Counted from the stretch's first letter, positions 51,679-63,067 are shown. The stretch is 64,000 bases of DNA from Candidatus Nanohaloarchaea archaeon (GCA_014297435.1 JACOQA010000004.1:30043-94042); one strand, 5' to 3'. The notes: generated by a model not told the origin, from the letters alone. Translations and numbers: made by a program.

Positions 51679-52533
51679 TTATTGGTTTGGTATTTCTTTA
51701 TAGTAGTTGAACATATCTGTGTAGGAGGGTTCGACAGTTTCCATATTCTCAGCGTCCTTCAGATTGTTTTCTGCAGCAATGAATCCTCTTACCTTGTCGT
51801 CAACTGTAAAAGTGAAGTTGTGTATTGCGAGATGGTTTAATCTTTCTGCATTCTCCAGGTCCGTTTCTATTACTTCTGGAATATTCTGCATGAGTTCTTC
51901 AGGTGTTCCTTCTGCTACAATTTCGCCGTTTGACAGGAATGCTATTCGATCTGCTATTTGGGCGTCCAGCGACAAGTGAGTTGAGATGACGAATGTAGCA
52001 TCGGAGTTTGAATGTTCTCTGATAAGGGAATGTGTTTCTCTCACTGTTGTAAGATCAAGTGCCGCAGTAGGCTCGTCAAGAAGATAGGCTGATGCATCAT
52101 TACTTAATGCGATAGAAAGCTCCAGTTTTCTTCTCATTCCGCCCGAATAGTTCTCAACTTTCTTCTCAAGTTCATCTTTAATACCAAATTTCTGTGTATA
52201 ATCTTTCCATCGTTCAGTAAACCGGGGATCTGCTTTCTTATAGAACTCTATATTTTCTTTACCGCTTAAACGATCAAGACATAAAGACTCCTGAACTAGA
52301 AGACTGACAAAACCCTCTTTCTCCGATATAGGAGTTCCAAGTGATTTGACTTCTCCTCCATCAATAGTTCTACTTCCTGAAAGACAGGATAGAAGTGTTG
52401 ATTTACCGGAACCGTTCGCACCCATTATTACAAGAGTTTCACCTGCTCTGACTTCTAAATCAAGGTTTTTGAGTATTTTATCGCCGCCTAAAGATTTTTC
52501 CAGGTTATTTGCAAGTAATACAGGTTCGCTCAT
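51679..52533 (-). CDS. ABC transporter ATP-binding protein with C-terminal extension
   Basis: Walker A GANGSGKST, signature YSGGMRRK and Walker B AYLLDEPTAALD. Confidence 0.85.
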   Translation of the reverse strand: MSEPVLLANNLEKSLGGDKILKNLDLEVRAGETLVIMGANGSGKSTLLSCLSGSRTIDGGEVKSLGTPISEKEGFVSLLVQESLCLDRLSGKENIEFYKKADPRFTERWKDYTQKFGIKDELEKKVENYSGGMRRKLELSIALSNDASAYLLDEPTAALDLTTVRETHSLIREHSNSDATFVISTHLSLDAQIADRIAFLSNGEIVAEGTPEELMQNIPEVIETDLENAERLNHLAIHNFTFTVDDKVRGFIAAENNLKDAENMETVEPSYTDMFNYYKEIPNQ

Positions 52534-53408
52534 CTAGGCAACACCTTTTTGTTGTAAAGTTTCCGCATAAGCATGATTCCTGCTACAGCGGATATAAGAC
52601 CATAAAACGCGAGTAGACCTAGAGATTCCATGCTTGAAGGCATTGCAGGAGGTATGAGGCCTGCTTCCGCATATCCGCCTTCGCCGATTAAATGGTAACT
52701 GAGAACCCGTGTTGAAAGAGAGTTTGGGATAAAGTTTAGCAGATCCTGACTTATCATCGCCATTCCAGGCATTACTCCGTTGTTGCCTGTTATCAGTGTA
52801 GCAATAACTGCCGTTATAGTAGTTAAAAGCTCAGCGTATCTTTCATTGCTGGAAGCCATTACCATAGGGATTGAGACAATCATCCAGAGTACGCAGGAAA
52901 AAACAAAGGCTGCAACTATGATAGGTATAGAGCTAAATCCTCTTATAGAGTATGAGGCTCCAGTAACTGCGCCAACAAGTATTGTTACAAGAAAAGCAAC
53001 TGAAGATATCATTACACCTGCTGACAACCGCCCTATAAGATCTGCAGAGGGCATCATCGGCATCGAACGATAGGTCTCATACCGTTGATCCTCAAAATCC
53101 GTGATCAACTGATTGCCGAATACATAGAGACATACGATCATGGAACCAAATACGCCAAGACCTATGGACAGACCTGCCTTCATTGATGCAGGAGCCGAAT
53201 CAAAAGACGCCATGTAGACAAGATAGAGAAAAGGAGCAAAACCAAGAGCAATAAACATCAGAGACCAGCTACTCAATACATCGCGTATACTTCGAATAGA
53301 AAACGCCTGAACCTGATCTAACCAGTTCCGAACACCATTGAGATCTTGAACCCTATCTTTAGTCTGTGACATATGAATAACCTCAATAATAACAGGTTTA
53401 CACAGCAT
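52530..53408 (-). CDS. ABC-2 type transporter permease
   Basis: Six hydrophobic segments and a 4-nt overlap with the ATPase gene. A likely alternative start is MSQTKDR at 53372. Confidence 0.65.
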   Translation of the reverse strand: MLCKPVIIEVIHMSQTKDRVQDLNGVRNWLDQVQAFSIRSIRDVLSSWSLMFIALGFAPFLYLVYMASFDSAPASMKAGLSIGLGVFGSMIVCLYVFGNQLITDFEDQRYETYRSMPMMPSADLIGRLSAGVMISSVAFLVTILVGAVTGASYSIRGFSSIPIIVAAFVFSCVLWMIVSIPMVMASSNERYAELLTTITAVIATLITGNNGVMPGMAMISQDLLNFIPNSLSTRVLSYHLIGEGGYAEAGLIPPAMPSSMESLGLLAFYGLISAVAGIMLMRKLYNKKVLPR

Positions 53409-53497
53409 CTTTTAATAAATAAGAGCAGACCTGGCAATCACCGAAATTTTCTCCTCTTCATCCTTATTTTTATCAAGGAAGAAACTCAAATACCAGT

Positions 53498-53785
53498 ATG
53501 ACGCAGATTACTGAAAAACTCCGAGAAAACATTTTCAGATCATCGAGACGCAACAAGGTCAGCCTAGTGTACTTCGGATGTGCGGCAGGATTCTTTGGCC
53601 TATACTTCTTCCTGGATAAAAACCTGTTCACGTTAACCATGTTCACAGGCATGTTCCTGACAGGTATCTCGGAAGCTCTTCCTGAAGGCAGAAATGTTCT
53701 GGCAGGTGTTCTACGGATTACAGCAGTAATTATCTATCTGTCAATTCTTGCATTCTCGTTTTTGAGGCCCGAAGCCGTAATCTGA
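53498..53785 (+). CDS. Small membrane protein (3 TM), hypothetical
   Basis: 95-aa hydrophobic ORF. Confidence 0.4.
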   Translation: MTQITEKLRENIFRSSRRNKVSLVYFGCAAGFFGLYFFLDKNLFTLTMFTGMFLTGISEALPEGRNVLAGVLRITAVIIYLSILAFSFLRPEAVI

Positions 53786-53848
53786 GAGACAGTTTGCAAT
53801 TAACAAAAAACCCCTTCACTAAGAACGCCTTTTTTCATTTAGAAAAGG

Positions 53849-53877
53849 ATTTTTCCCTTTACTAAAAAAAGGAAAAA
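53849..53877. terminator. AT-rich hairpin between convergent genes
   Basis: ATTTTTCC(C)TTT-ACTAAAA-AAAGGAAAAAT, flanked by T-runs on both strands. Confidence 0.3.
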
Positions 53878-53889
53878 TGAATAAATAGA

Positions 53890-54093
53890 CTACTTCATCT
53901 GTGTTATAGCGTAAGCCGTCATTAATCCTCCTGCTATAAGCAGTACAAAACCCTGTAAATCTGCCGAGACCAGGTAAGGCATGCTGAAACCTATATCGAC
54001 AGGTCCGACCATGGATTCATTGGTCAGGAGCGTCATCACTCCTAGAAGCCCCAATACAGAGCTTATAGGAAGGATTAGCTGTTCGTTGTTCAT
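53890..54093 (-). CDS. Small membrane protein (2 TM), hypothetical; short form
   Basis: MNNEQLILPISSVLGLLGVMTLL... is preceded by GGAGGTG 7 nt upstream. The ORF-track extension to 54267 is R/W/C-rich and overlaps the repeat remnant. Confidence 0.4.
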   Translation of the reverse strand: MNNEQLILPISSVLGLLGVMTLLTNESMVGPVDIGFSMPYLVSADLQGFVLLIAGGLMTAYAITQMK

Positions 54094-54230
54094 ACTGTAA
54101 CACCTCCAATATAATTTATAGCGCTCTCTGTACTGATTTGTAGCTGCCCGCCAGCACCCATGATCACGCCAACAAGCATGAAGAACACCGGTTGATCCGA
54201 TCTCTCTGCCATAAGGAATGCTTCTCCTGG

Positions 54231-54298
54231 CTTCTCGTGGGACAAGAAGCTCTGTTCTTTGAAGCAAGCTTCATCGTCTTCACAATTTTTTCTTTTAT
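54231..54298 (+). repeat. Direct repeat copy 2: orphan remnant of an ABC-2 permease 3' end plus terminator
   Basis: It translates to LLVGQEALFFEASFIVFT, compared with LLVGQAALFFGASFVIFT at the end of the intact permease. No permease-like sequence lies upstream of it. Confidence 0.8.
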
Positions 54299-54467
54299 TT
54301 TATGAGAAAGCAACTCGACTATTAAAGTGGCTTTAAAGCTTAATTTAGAACCTGTTGGGGCGGGAGATCAGGGAAGAGATCCTTTCTGAAGTTGATTCAA
54401 TTTTTGAACTGATCTTGAAGCTTAATTAACGTATGACTCGGCTGAATTAATTCTTTGAGATGTTTAT

Positions 54468-54496
54468 AAAAAAACTTGAGAATTATAGGTGAAAAA
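54468..54496 (-). terminator. Oligo-T tracts downstream of atpD
   Basis: On the minus strand there are T5 (54492..54496) and T7 (54468..54474) runs within 60 nt of the atpD stop. Oligo-T is the usual archaeal termination signal. Confidence 0.35.
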
Positions 54497-54524
54497 GAAG
54501 AACGCAGGTAAGAACAGCGGAAAG

Positions 54525-55154
54525 TTACTCCTCTTCCGCCATCTCCTTGACCTTCTTCATCCGGAAAGTCTCCTCACGCTCCGACTCCTCGAGCGCCTGG
54601 GAGATCTTGTCAAGAGCAGAGTTGAACTCGGGAATAACCTTGTGCTCTAGAGCGTTGACCCTTCTCTTCGTCTTCTCGATCTCGTTCAGGAGCTTGATCA
54701 GCTTCGTCTGGGTCTCCGCCGCGTCAACAACTTTTTCGAGAAGGTCCTCGTACTTGTCTGCGGTGGAGTCGATTCTTGAGGTGGCTGAAGTTACTCCGTA
54801 TTCTCTGTTGAGTACGTTCCTTGAGATCTTTTCTGACTCGATCTCAGGCACAACCACTCCCATGATGTTCGATGTTGAGGATGAAAGCCTTGGCTCCTCT
54901 GTGACAGGGAACGAGTTGGCTCTTATGGCATCCTCACCATCGTAGACTTTAGCTAAGAGTAGCTTGAGCTTTGCCTGAGAGTAGACATCAGCAAGCTCCT
55001 GATTCACTTCTCTTGCGTCTCCCGCAATCTCCATAAACTCGTGGATCAAACCATCACGTTTTTTCTCAAGGATATCGTGTCCGTTTTCCGCAAGTTCAAT
55101 TCTCTCCTTCAACCTGAGTTCTTCAGAACGGGTTGGTTTTACATCTTGACTCAT
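54525..55154 (-). CDS. atpD: A-type ATP synthase subunit D
   Basis: VKPTRSEELRLKERIELAENGHDILEKKRDGL and the C-terminal KRRVNALEHKVIP are typical of A/V-ATPase subunit D. It is the last gene of the operon. Confidence 0.88.
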   Translation of the reverse strand: MSQDVKPTRSEELRLKERIELAENGHDILEKKRDGLIHEFMEIAGDAREVNQELADVYSQAKLKLLLAKVYDGEDAIRANSFPVTEEPRLSSSTSNIMGVVVPEIESEKISRNVLNREYGVTSATSRIDSTADKYEDLLEKVVDAAETQTKLIKLLNEIEKTKRRVNALEHKVIPEFNSALDKISQALEESEREETFRMKKVKEMAEEE

Positions 55155-55507
55155 TTAGCTGTCACCTCCTTGTCGCTGATAACGCCGTAGTCCTCTGCAA
55201 GCTCATCCAAGACGCTGCTTTCCTCTTCAAGAGTTCCCGAAACCTTTCCCGGTTTCCTGAGCACATAATGGGCGAACTTGTCTCCAATCGACTCACCTGA
55301 GTAGTTCTCGATATTCATCTCAAAACCGTAGCCCTCATCATAGTGCTCGATCTCAAGATCGATTCTGCCAGGATCTTTTTGCCTTATGAAGATAGCCGGT
55401 TCTGTTTCACCGGCAGCTTCAAGGACTTTGGCAGCATGGAAGCTCTCCAGACCATGTAAGGCGTATGATTCTTCATTCCGGTTTTTCTGCATCATTCTAT
55501 TGATCAC
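55151..55507 (-). CDS. Uncharacterised 118-aa acidic protein encoded inside the atp operon between atpB and atpD
   Basis: A GTG follows the atpB TAG stop directly (ATG alternatives lie 12-15 nt in). Its TGA overlaps the atpD ATG (ATGA). Composition is proteome-typical. No subunit homology recognised. Confidence 0.6.
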   Translation of the reverse strand: MINRMMQKNRNEESYALHGLESFHAAKVLEAAGETEPAIFIRQKDPGRIDLEIEHYDEGYGFEMNIENYSGESIGDKFAHYVLRKPGKVSGTLEEESSVLDELAEDYGVISDKEVTAK

Positions 55508-56896
55508 CTAGTCGAACCTTGTCTCTCGTCCTTCAAGATGTTCTTCTCTCGTCTCAGGATCGATCTTCGTTAGCTCGCCTTCAGGGACGATCGAAAGCAG
55601 ATCCCATGCAAGCTCGAGAGAGTCTTCGATACTTCTGTCTTCTCTGAAGCCTTGTCCGATGAAATGTTCTTCGAACTTCTTCGTGAACTCTAGAATCTTT
55701 TCGTCCTTGTCGGATAGAGCGTCTTCACCGACAATAGCGACTAAGTCTCTGAGAGACTGTCCTTCTGCATAGAGCGCGTAAAGCTGATCAGAGACATCTG
55801 GATGATCCTCTCTGGTGTAGCCTTCGCCGACACCGTTATCCATCAGACGGGATAGGCTTGGTAAGACATCGATCGGCGGGTTCTGTCCTTTCGAGTCGAG
55901 ATCCCTGTCGACAACAATCTGTCCCTCCGTAATATAACCTGTAAGGTCTGGGATCGGGTGGGTGATGTCGTCGTTAGGCATTGTAAGGATCGGGATCTGT
56001 GTGACTGATCCTTCACGTCCCTGGATGATTCCAGCTCTCTCATATAACTCAGCGAGGTCCGTATACATGTATCCCGGATATCCTCTTCTTCCCGGAACCT
56101 CTTCTCTTGCCGCAGATACTTCTCTGAGTGCGTTTGCGTAGTTAAGCATGTCTGTCATAATAACCAGAACTTCCATGCCTTTCTCGAACGCTAGGTACTC
56201 TGCTGTTGTTAGTGCCATTCTTGGCGTGATGATTCTTTCCGGTGCAGGGTCCGAAGCTTTGTTGAGGAATACTACAGATCTCTCAAGTGCTCCCGTCTCT
56301 CTGAACTCTTCGATGAACTCCTGGGATTCCTCTTCTGTAATTCCCATTCCTGCGAATACTACTGCGAACTCTTCGTCTTCACCTGAAACGTCTGCCTGTC
56401 TTGCGACCTGCATAGCTAGTTCGCTGTGTGGTAGTCCGGATCCTGAGAAGATTGGAAGCTTCTGTCCTCGAACCAGTGTGTTCATAGTGTCGATCGAGGA
56501 GATACCTGTCTGGATGAAGTCTTCCGGAAGCTCTCTCGAACTAGGATTGATTGCCTGTCCGATGATATCCTCTTCTTCCTCAGGAATAATTTCCGGTCCA
56601 TCATCGATAGGGTTGCCTGTTCCGTCGAGAACCCTTCCTAGAAGGTCCTCGGTGACTGGCATCTTGACGTTTTCGTCCATGAACCGGACGGATGCGTCCT
56701 GTCCGATTCCCTGTGTTTCCTCGTAGCACTGTACGACTACGACATCTTTCGAGGTTTCAAGGACTTCTCCCTTTCTCATCTCTCCGTCCGGCGTCTCGAT
56801 CTCGACGATGTCTCCATAGGAGATATTGTCGGTTTTCTCTACAAATACTAGTGGTCCTTTAACCTGGTTGATTGTCTTGTACTCTTGTTTGGTCAT
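55508..56896 (-). CDS. atpB: A-type ATP synthase subunit B
   Basis: Highly conserved stretches such as [39 protein letters not shown] and [25 protein letters not shown]. Confidence 0.95.
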   Translation of the reverse strand: MTKQEYKTINQVKGPLVFVEKTDNISYGDIVEIETPDGEMRKGEVLETSKDVVVVQCYEETQGIGQDASVRFMDENVKMPVTEDLLGRVLDGTGNPIDDGPEIIPEEEEDIIGQAINPSSRELPEDFIQTGISSIDTMNTLVRGQKLPIFSGSGLPHSELAMQVARQADVSGEDEEFAVVFAGMGITEEESQEFIEEFRETGALERSVVFLNKASDPAPERIITPRMALTTAEYLAFEKGMEVLVIMTDMLNYANALREVSAAREEVPGRRGYPGYMYTDLAELYERAGIIQGREGSVTQIPILTMPNDDITHPIPDLTGYITEGQIVVDRDLDSKGQNPPIDVLPSLSRLMDNGVGEGYTREDHPDVSDQLYALYAEGQSLRDLVAIVGEDALSDKDEKILEFTKKFEEHFIGQGFREDRSIEDSLELAWDLLSIVPEGELTKIDPETREEHLEGRETRFD

Positions 56897-56909
56897 TTTT
56901 GATTCACCT

Positions 56910-58649
<1,740 letters not shown>

Positions 58650-58676
58650 TTTTAGTTTAAACCTCGTAGCATTAAT

Positions 58677-58985
58677 TTACGAAATATCTACTCCGATAAC
58701 TCTCTGGATTTTATCTTGAAGACCTGAAGACTCTGCTGTTTCTGAAAGTGTTACGACAACAGGATCTACTGATTCTTCTACTTCACGTCTTACCCTGCCA
58801 GGCAGTTTTTCTAAGTCAGTCTGCTCTGCAACTAAAATCCCAATTTCTTCATGTTTCAATAGTTCCTGGATCTTTTCCTCGTAGTTTTCAGGGTTGAAAC
58901 TCTTCTGTACGCCGGCGAGTTCGAAGCCTAGAGTGAACTCGTCGTCACCGATTACTCCGATCGTTTTCTTCTTTTCTTCTTCCAT
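58677..58985 (-). CDS. atpF: A-type ATP synthase subunit F
   Basis: IGVIGDDEFTLGFELAGV is the subunit F signature. The size is 102 aa and the position is upstream of atpA. Confidence 0.85.
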   Translation of the reverse strand: MEEEKKKTIGVIGDDEFTLGFELAGVQKSFNPENYEEKIQELLKHEEIGILVAEQTDLEKLPGRVRREVEESVDPVVVTLSETAESSGLQDKIQRVIGVDIS

Positions 58986-58986
58986 T

Positions 58987-59985
58987 TTATGACACCACCA
59001 AGTTGTTTCTGATTGTTTCTAGGTTCTGGATACCTGTCTCCTTCGCTCTCAGAAGCATTCTAAGGTTCTGAACCTCAATCATCTTCGCCATAATGTAACC
59101 GAGGATGCTTGTTGCACCGAGAGGCTCTGTGTGCTGTGAGACGAGCGCCCTGTCCAATCTTGCAACCTCAAGCCTGTGCTCGATGTCCTCAATATTCGCT
59201 CCGTTCTTCTTTTCGAGCACTTCCTCATTAACCAGGTAGTCGATAGCTTCTTCGAACGATTTTGAGCCAAGAACTTTCTCGAGATGTTTCGACTTCTTGT
59301 CTGAGACAAGCCATTCCTCAATTTCCTCTCTCTCGATCTCCTGTTTCTTCAGTCTTAGAGCGATCTTCAGGTTCTCGTACTCTATCTCTTCGTTTACGAA
59401 CTTCTCGAACCACATTCCTCCGATCTTGCCTGAAATCCTGTCAAGATCTTGATAATATGCACGGTCAAGATTTCTTTCAATCTTTCTGAGATCCTTTTCC
59501 TCTCCGATAAATGATTTGTAGTCGATAGGCGAGTTCTTGAATTCGATCGATCCAACTATCTCCTCAAACGTTTTTTCTGAAAGATCCTCCAATTCCTCGA
59601 CCGAGTAGTCACCCACAGGCACCAGAAGGTTCTCTATTTTTTGGTTCCCTCCTCCCTGTTTCCACCTTAGAAGTCTTTTCAGGCTTAGAATATCATAACG
59701 CCTCAGGTAAGTTTTGATTACAGGTTCAAGGCTTTCCGGTGCGATCTCGACAAGTTTTGACATCGTTCGTGAAAGATTTCTCATCAGCGCGAGCTCAACA
59801 AGTTCGATTCCCTCGTATTCAGAGCCTAGCTCGTTGATATCTTTTTTGTAAGCGCCTTCCTCAAGGTTTCTTGCTATTTCATTAGGCTTCATCTTGAGAA
59901 GATTCTCGTAGTCGCTTTCATCGAGAAGCTTCTTTCTCTTCGCGCTCACTCGAGCGTACATGTAAGGATAGTCGCGCTGAACCAT
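58987..59985 (-). CDS. atpC: A-type ATP synthase subunit C
   Basis: YPYMYARVSAKRKKLL... is the typical subunit C (V-type d) N-terminus. The start is taken at MVQRDYPY (59985), just after the atpE stop (59993), rather than at 60015. Confidence 0.85.
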   Translation of the reverse strand: MVQRDYPYMYARVSAKRKKLLDESDYENLLKMKPNEIARNLEEGAYKKDINELGSEYEGIELVELALMRNLSRTMSKLVEIAPESLEPVIKTYLRRYDILSLKRLLRWKQGGGNQKIENLLVPVGDYSVEELEDLSEKTFEEIVGSIEFKNSPIDYKSFIGEEKDLRKIERNLDRAYYQDLDRISGKIGGMWFEKFVNEEIEYENLKIALRLKKQEIEREEIEEWLVSDKKSKHLEKVLGSKSFEEAIDYLVNEEVLEKKNGANIEDIEHRLEVARLDRALVSQHTEPLGATSILGYIMAKMIEVQNLRMLLRAKETGIQNLETIRNNLVVS

Positions 59986-59992
59986 TTTTAGA

Positions 59993-60526
59993 TCACTCAA
60001 AAAGCTTTTCCGCAACTTCTTTCCTGTGCTTGGATTTCATTTCTTCAACGATTTTATCGAACGTAAAGCTCTGCCTCCTAGAACCATCCTTGGATACAAC
60101 CACTATTCCTTCAATGTCTTCTTCTTCGAAATCGATGCTTACGGCATCCTCAAACTCTTCTCCCCCGATAACTTTCTCGGGTTCGAACTCGACCTTGTCG
60201 AGGCATTTCTCAACGAAGTCCTCTCTTTCCTTCTTGGTCAGGTCTTCGAGGCTTTCACGGAAATTTTCGAATACCTCGTCTATCTTCGCTTGCTTCGCCT
60301 TCAACCTTTTTTCCTTGGCTTTCATACGAGCGTTGGAGATAGTCTTTGTTTCGTATGAATCCTTCTCCCCTTCAAGTTCTTCTTCATACTCTTCCTTGAC
60401 TGCCTCTGCCTCCTGTCTTGCTTCTTCCAGGATTTCTTCTCTCTGTTGTTCAGCTTCGTCTATTATTTCGTCTGCTTTTTGCTGTGCTTCTTCCAAAATC
60501 TCGGATTTGACTTCTTTTAGGCTCAT
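59993..60526 (-). CDS. atpE: A-type ATP synthase subunit E
   Basis: Long charged N-terminal helix (ILEEAQQKADEIIDEAEQQREEILEEARQEAE) plus a globular C-terminus. Operon position supports the call. Confidence 0.8.
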   Translation of the reverse strand: MSLKEVKSEILEEAQQKADEIIDEAEQQREEILEEARQEAEAVKEEYEEELEGEKDSYETKTISNARMKAKEKRLKAKQAKIDEVFENFRESLEDLTKKEREDFVEKCLDKVEFEPEKVIGGEEFEDAVSIDFEEEDIEGIVVVSKDGSRRQSFTFDKIVEEMKSKHRKEVAEKLFE

Positions 60527-60595
60527 TTGAGTATCACGTTTGTGTTTGAAATAAATTGAGAGTTGAAAACGGGTTGCCCCGTTTTCCGCGGGCTT

Positions 60596-60826
60596 CTAAA
60601 TGAAGCCGGTTGATACCAGCGCGACGACCAGTCCGAAGATAACCATGGTCTCCGGGATAACTGTTAGGATAAGTACCTGGCCGAACAGGCTGTCGTCTTC
60701 TGCTAGAGCGCCAACTCCTGCAGATCCGATCTTTGCCTGTGCCCAGCCGGTTGCAAGTGCTGCAACTCCTAAAGCTATGGCTGCGCCGAGTGCTGGAAAT
60801 GCTCCTATTCCTGCTGCTGTTGCCAT
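60596..60826 (-). CDS. atpK: A-type ATP synthase proteolipid subunit K (c subunit), single hairpin
   Basis: Two TM helices with G/A-rich helix 1 and the carboxylate in LILTVIPETMVIFGLVVAL. Confidence 0.88.
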   Translation of the reverse strand: MATAAGIGAFPALGAAIALGVAALATGWAQAKIGSAGVGALAEDDSLFGQVLILTVIPETMVIFGLVVALVSTGFI

Positions 60827-60852
60827 TGTGTGGTTTTCACCTCAAAATAATG

Positions 60853-62661
60853 TTAGTTAGAGTTTGCTCCGAATGGAGCGTATTTTTTACCGCCTCCTTC
60901 ATAGAACTTTCCGAACATCTCCACGTAGTGGAGTCGGATTCCTTGAAGGAAGCCTTCCAAGATTTTAATGAATGTGTTGAACGTGTGACCGACCACCAAC
61001 ATGAATATTCCGAGTCCGACGCCCAGTAGGGATCCTGACTGGAACAGTGGGTCTGCTAGACCGTTCACTACTTTTGCGAGTGAAACCGCCGCGACCGACA
61101 CGCCGAATATTCTTAGGTATGATAGTACGTTTGAGAGGAGCGATGGGATTTCTACGACCCCTTCTATGCCCTCTCCCATGTAAAGCATGATTACTGCTAG
61201 GACGCCGACTACAGCGGCTGCACCTGTCATACCTAATATGGCTAGTGCGGCTGCCAGTTCGAGTACGATCCATGACCCTTTTTCTAGGAAGGCTTCTCTG
61301 AATCCGTGATTGGAATATTCGTTGTAGAATCCAAGCAGGAACCCTAAGTTGACGTGGACGACTCCTATAACTGCTGCTATGCTGAATACTGTTCCTAGTT
61401 CGTGTGCTCTGTGGAAGAGTATTGGGATCTGGCTGAACACTTCCAGACCGAACTGACTGGCTAGTACGGAGTCATGACCGAATATTATGAAGCCAAACGC
61501 GTCACCGAACGCCAATCCAAATATTATGGTGGAGATTGATGCATACATCAGCGACTTGAAGATGTCGCGGGCTGCAGGAACCATTCTGTAACCTAGGTAG
61601 AATACTGCCAAGGTTGTCAGTCCGTATCCTGCGTCGCCGATCATGAATCCGAAGAAAAGTGGGAACGTCAAAAGTAGCATGAAAGATGGATCCAGCTCGT
61701 TGTATCGAGGCACTGAGACAAGATCGGTCAGTGACTCGAACGGCTGGACGAATCTGTTGTTATCATGTTTTACTGGCGGTTCCTCCTCCGCCTCTTCTTT
61801 CTGTACGTGGATTCTTCCTTCTGTCTTGTCAGCTAGTTCTTCCTCGACCTCAGCAAAACGTTCTGAAGGGATCCAACCGTACGCGATAAACGTGTTTTCT
61901 GTTGTTGCAAAGTTTAGAGGTGCTTCAGCTTTCTCTACTCTTTCTGTCAGGAAGCTTTCGATGTTCTCAAGTCCTTCACGCCACTCTTCTGCTAAGCTTT
62001 CGAGCTCGTTTTCTTTCTGTTTCTTTGCTTCACGAAGCTCCTCTTTTCTATCCTCCAGGTTGTATGAAACCGTTTCGATTGAACCTGTAAGCTCTGTTTC
62101 CGGGACTGTCAATTCTATGGATGATGCTTTGTTGATAGCATCTCTGAACGCTTTGTCTTCGGTCTCGTGGTAGAAAATAACGGATGCTTTCTCTCCTTCG
62201 AACACGTCATATTGTGTGTTCGGTGCTTCCGAAGTCAGAATGTCCCGATCAATCCTTCCTACGAAGACATCCAAATTTTCTGTGCCTTCGAGATCTTCAT
62301 AATTGACTCCGCTACCTCTAAGTTTCTTGAAGAATTTTTTCTTATCATTTACGTTGGAGATTCTTCTTTCCAGGGAAGCGATTTCTTCCTCTATATCGGA
62401 AATCTTTTCGTCCAATTGAGGAAGTTCGTTTTCGAGCTCTTCGATAGTCAGGTTCTTCCTGTGTCCCTCAACTTTAGGTAGTTTGGAGATTGTGGATCTC
62501 AAATCTACCAGTAGTTGTGAGATGTCTTCTGCTTCGTCTGAAGGCTTACCTGTGTTCAGTTCGCCGTCATAATCGTCTATATCTAGAACTTCAAGTCTGT
62601 AAAGTGTGTTAATTACGTTTTCCAGGTCTTTTTTGGCGCCTGTTACCGATATTTTGGTCAT
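60853..62661 (-). CDS. atpI: A-type ATP synthase subunit I (a subunit)
   Basis: Soluble coiled-coil N-terminal half plus a multi-TM C-terminal half, with YLRIFGVSVAAVSLA containing the conserved Arg. Confidence 0.88.
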   Translation of the reverse strand: MTKISVTGAKKDLENVINTLYRLEVLDIDDYDGELNTGKPSDEAEDISQLLVDLRSTISKLPKVEGHRKNLTIEELENELPQLDEKISDIEEEIASLERRISNVNDKKKFFKKLRGSGVNYEDLEGTENLDVFVGRIDRDILTSEAPNTQYDVFEGEKASVIFYHETEDKAFRDAINKASSIELTVPETELTGSIETVSYNLEDRKEELREAKKQKENELESLAEEWREGLENIESFLTERVEKAEAPLNFATTENTFIAYGWIPSERFAEVEEELADKTEGRIHVQKEEAEEEPPVKHDNNRFVQPFESLTDLVSVPRYNELDPSFMLLLTFPLFFGFMIGDAGYGLTTLAVFYLGYRMVPAARDIFKSLMYASISTIIFGLAFGDAFGFIIFGHDSVLASQFGLEVFSQIPILFHRAHELGTVFSIAAVIGVVHVNLGFLLGFYNEYSNHGFREAFLEKGSWIVLELAAALAILGMTGAAAVVGVLAVIMLYMGEGIEGVVEIPSLLSNVLSYLRIFGVSVAAVSLAKVVNGLADPLFQSGSLLGVGLGIFMLVVGHTFNTFIKILEGFLQGIRLHYVEMFGKFYEGGGKKYAPFGANSN

Positions 62662-62686
62662 TTCTTTCGGCTTGATTTCTTCCCAC

Positions 62687-63067
62687 CTACTGGAACTGTT
62701 CTTCGAAGCTTTCTTTCAGGAGCTTTTCTGCTTCTTCCATTCTGTCCGAGGCTTTTTCTCTTAGTTCTTCTGCCTCTTCTTCTGCTTCATCGATTATTTC
62801 TTCTCTTTCTTCATCGACTTTCTCTTTGAACCGGTTCATTTCCTCGTATTTTTCGTCTTTGGCTTCCTGTTCCGCGTCTTCTATAAGTTCTTCTGCCTCT
62901 TCTTCTGCTTCTTCTATCTTTTGCTGTTTCTTCTGTTTGGCATCCTCTAGAATGAGGTCTGCCTCTTCTTCCGCATTCTTGACTTCCTGTACTACGTCAG
63001 CCACGTTATAATCACCGGCATGAAACCCTGAATACAGGAAGCTTATAAACCCTGTGAGCTTCCGCAA
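62687..63067 (-). CDS. atpH: A-type ATP synthase subunit H
   Basis: E/K-rich single long helix (VQEVKNAEEEADLILEDAKQKKQQKIEEAEEEAEE) at the operon head. The true start may be the GTG at 63004. Confidence 0.65.
   Translation of the reverse strand: MRKLTGFISFLYSGFHAGDYNVADVVQEVKNAEEEADLILEDAKQKKQQKIEEAEEEAEELIEDAEQEAKDEKYEEMNRFKEKVDEEREEIIDEAEEEAEELREKASDRMEEAEKLLKESFEEQFQ

Noticed and set aside
54094-54267. Long form (125 aa) of the small membrane protein ORF
   Set aside because: The upstream 58 residues are R/W/C/Y-rich and overlap the permease-remnant repeat. The internal ATG at 54093 has a GGAGGTG motif at the proper distance.
56148-56726. 192-aa plus-strand ORF, and similar ORFs at 54547..54945, 57181..57567, 58212..58646, 60030..60530 and 61643..62173
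   Set aside because: All are antisense to conserved ATP synthase subunit genes. Their Ser/Leu-rich shadow-frame composition and lack of motifs mark them as spurious.
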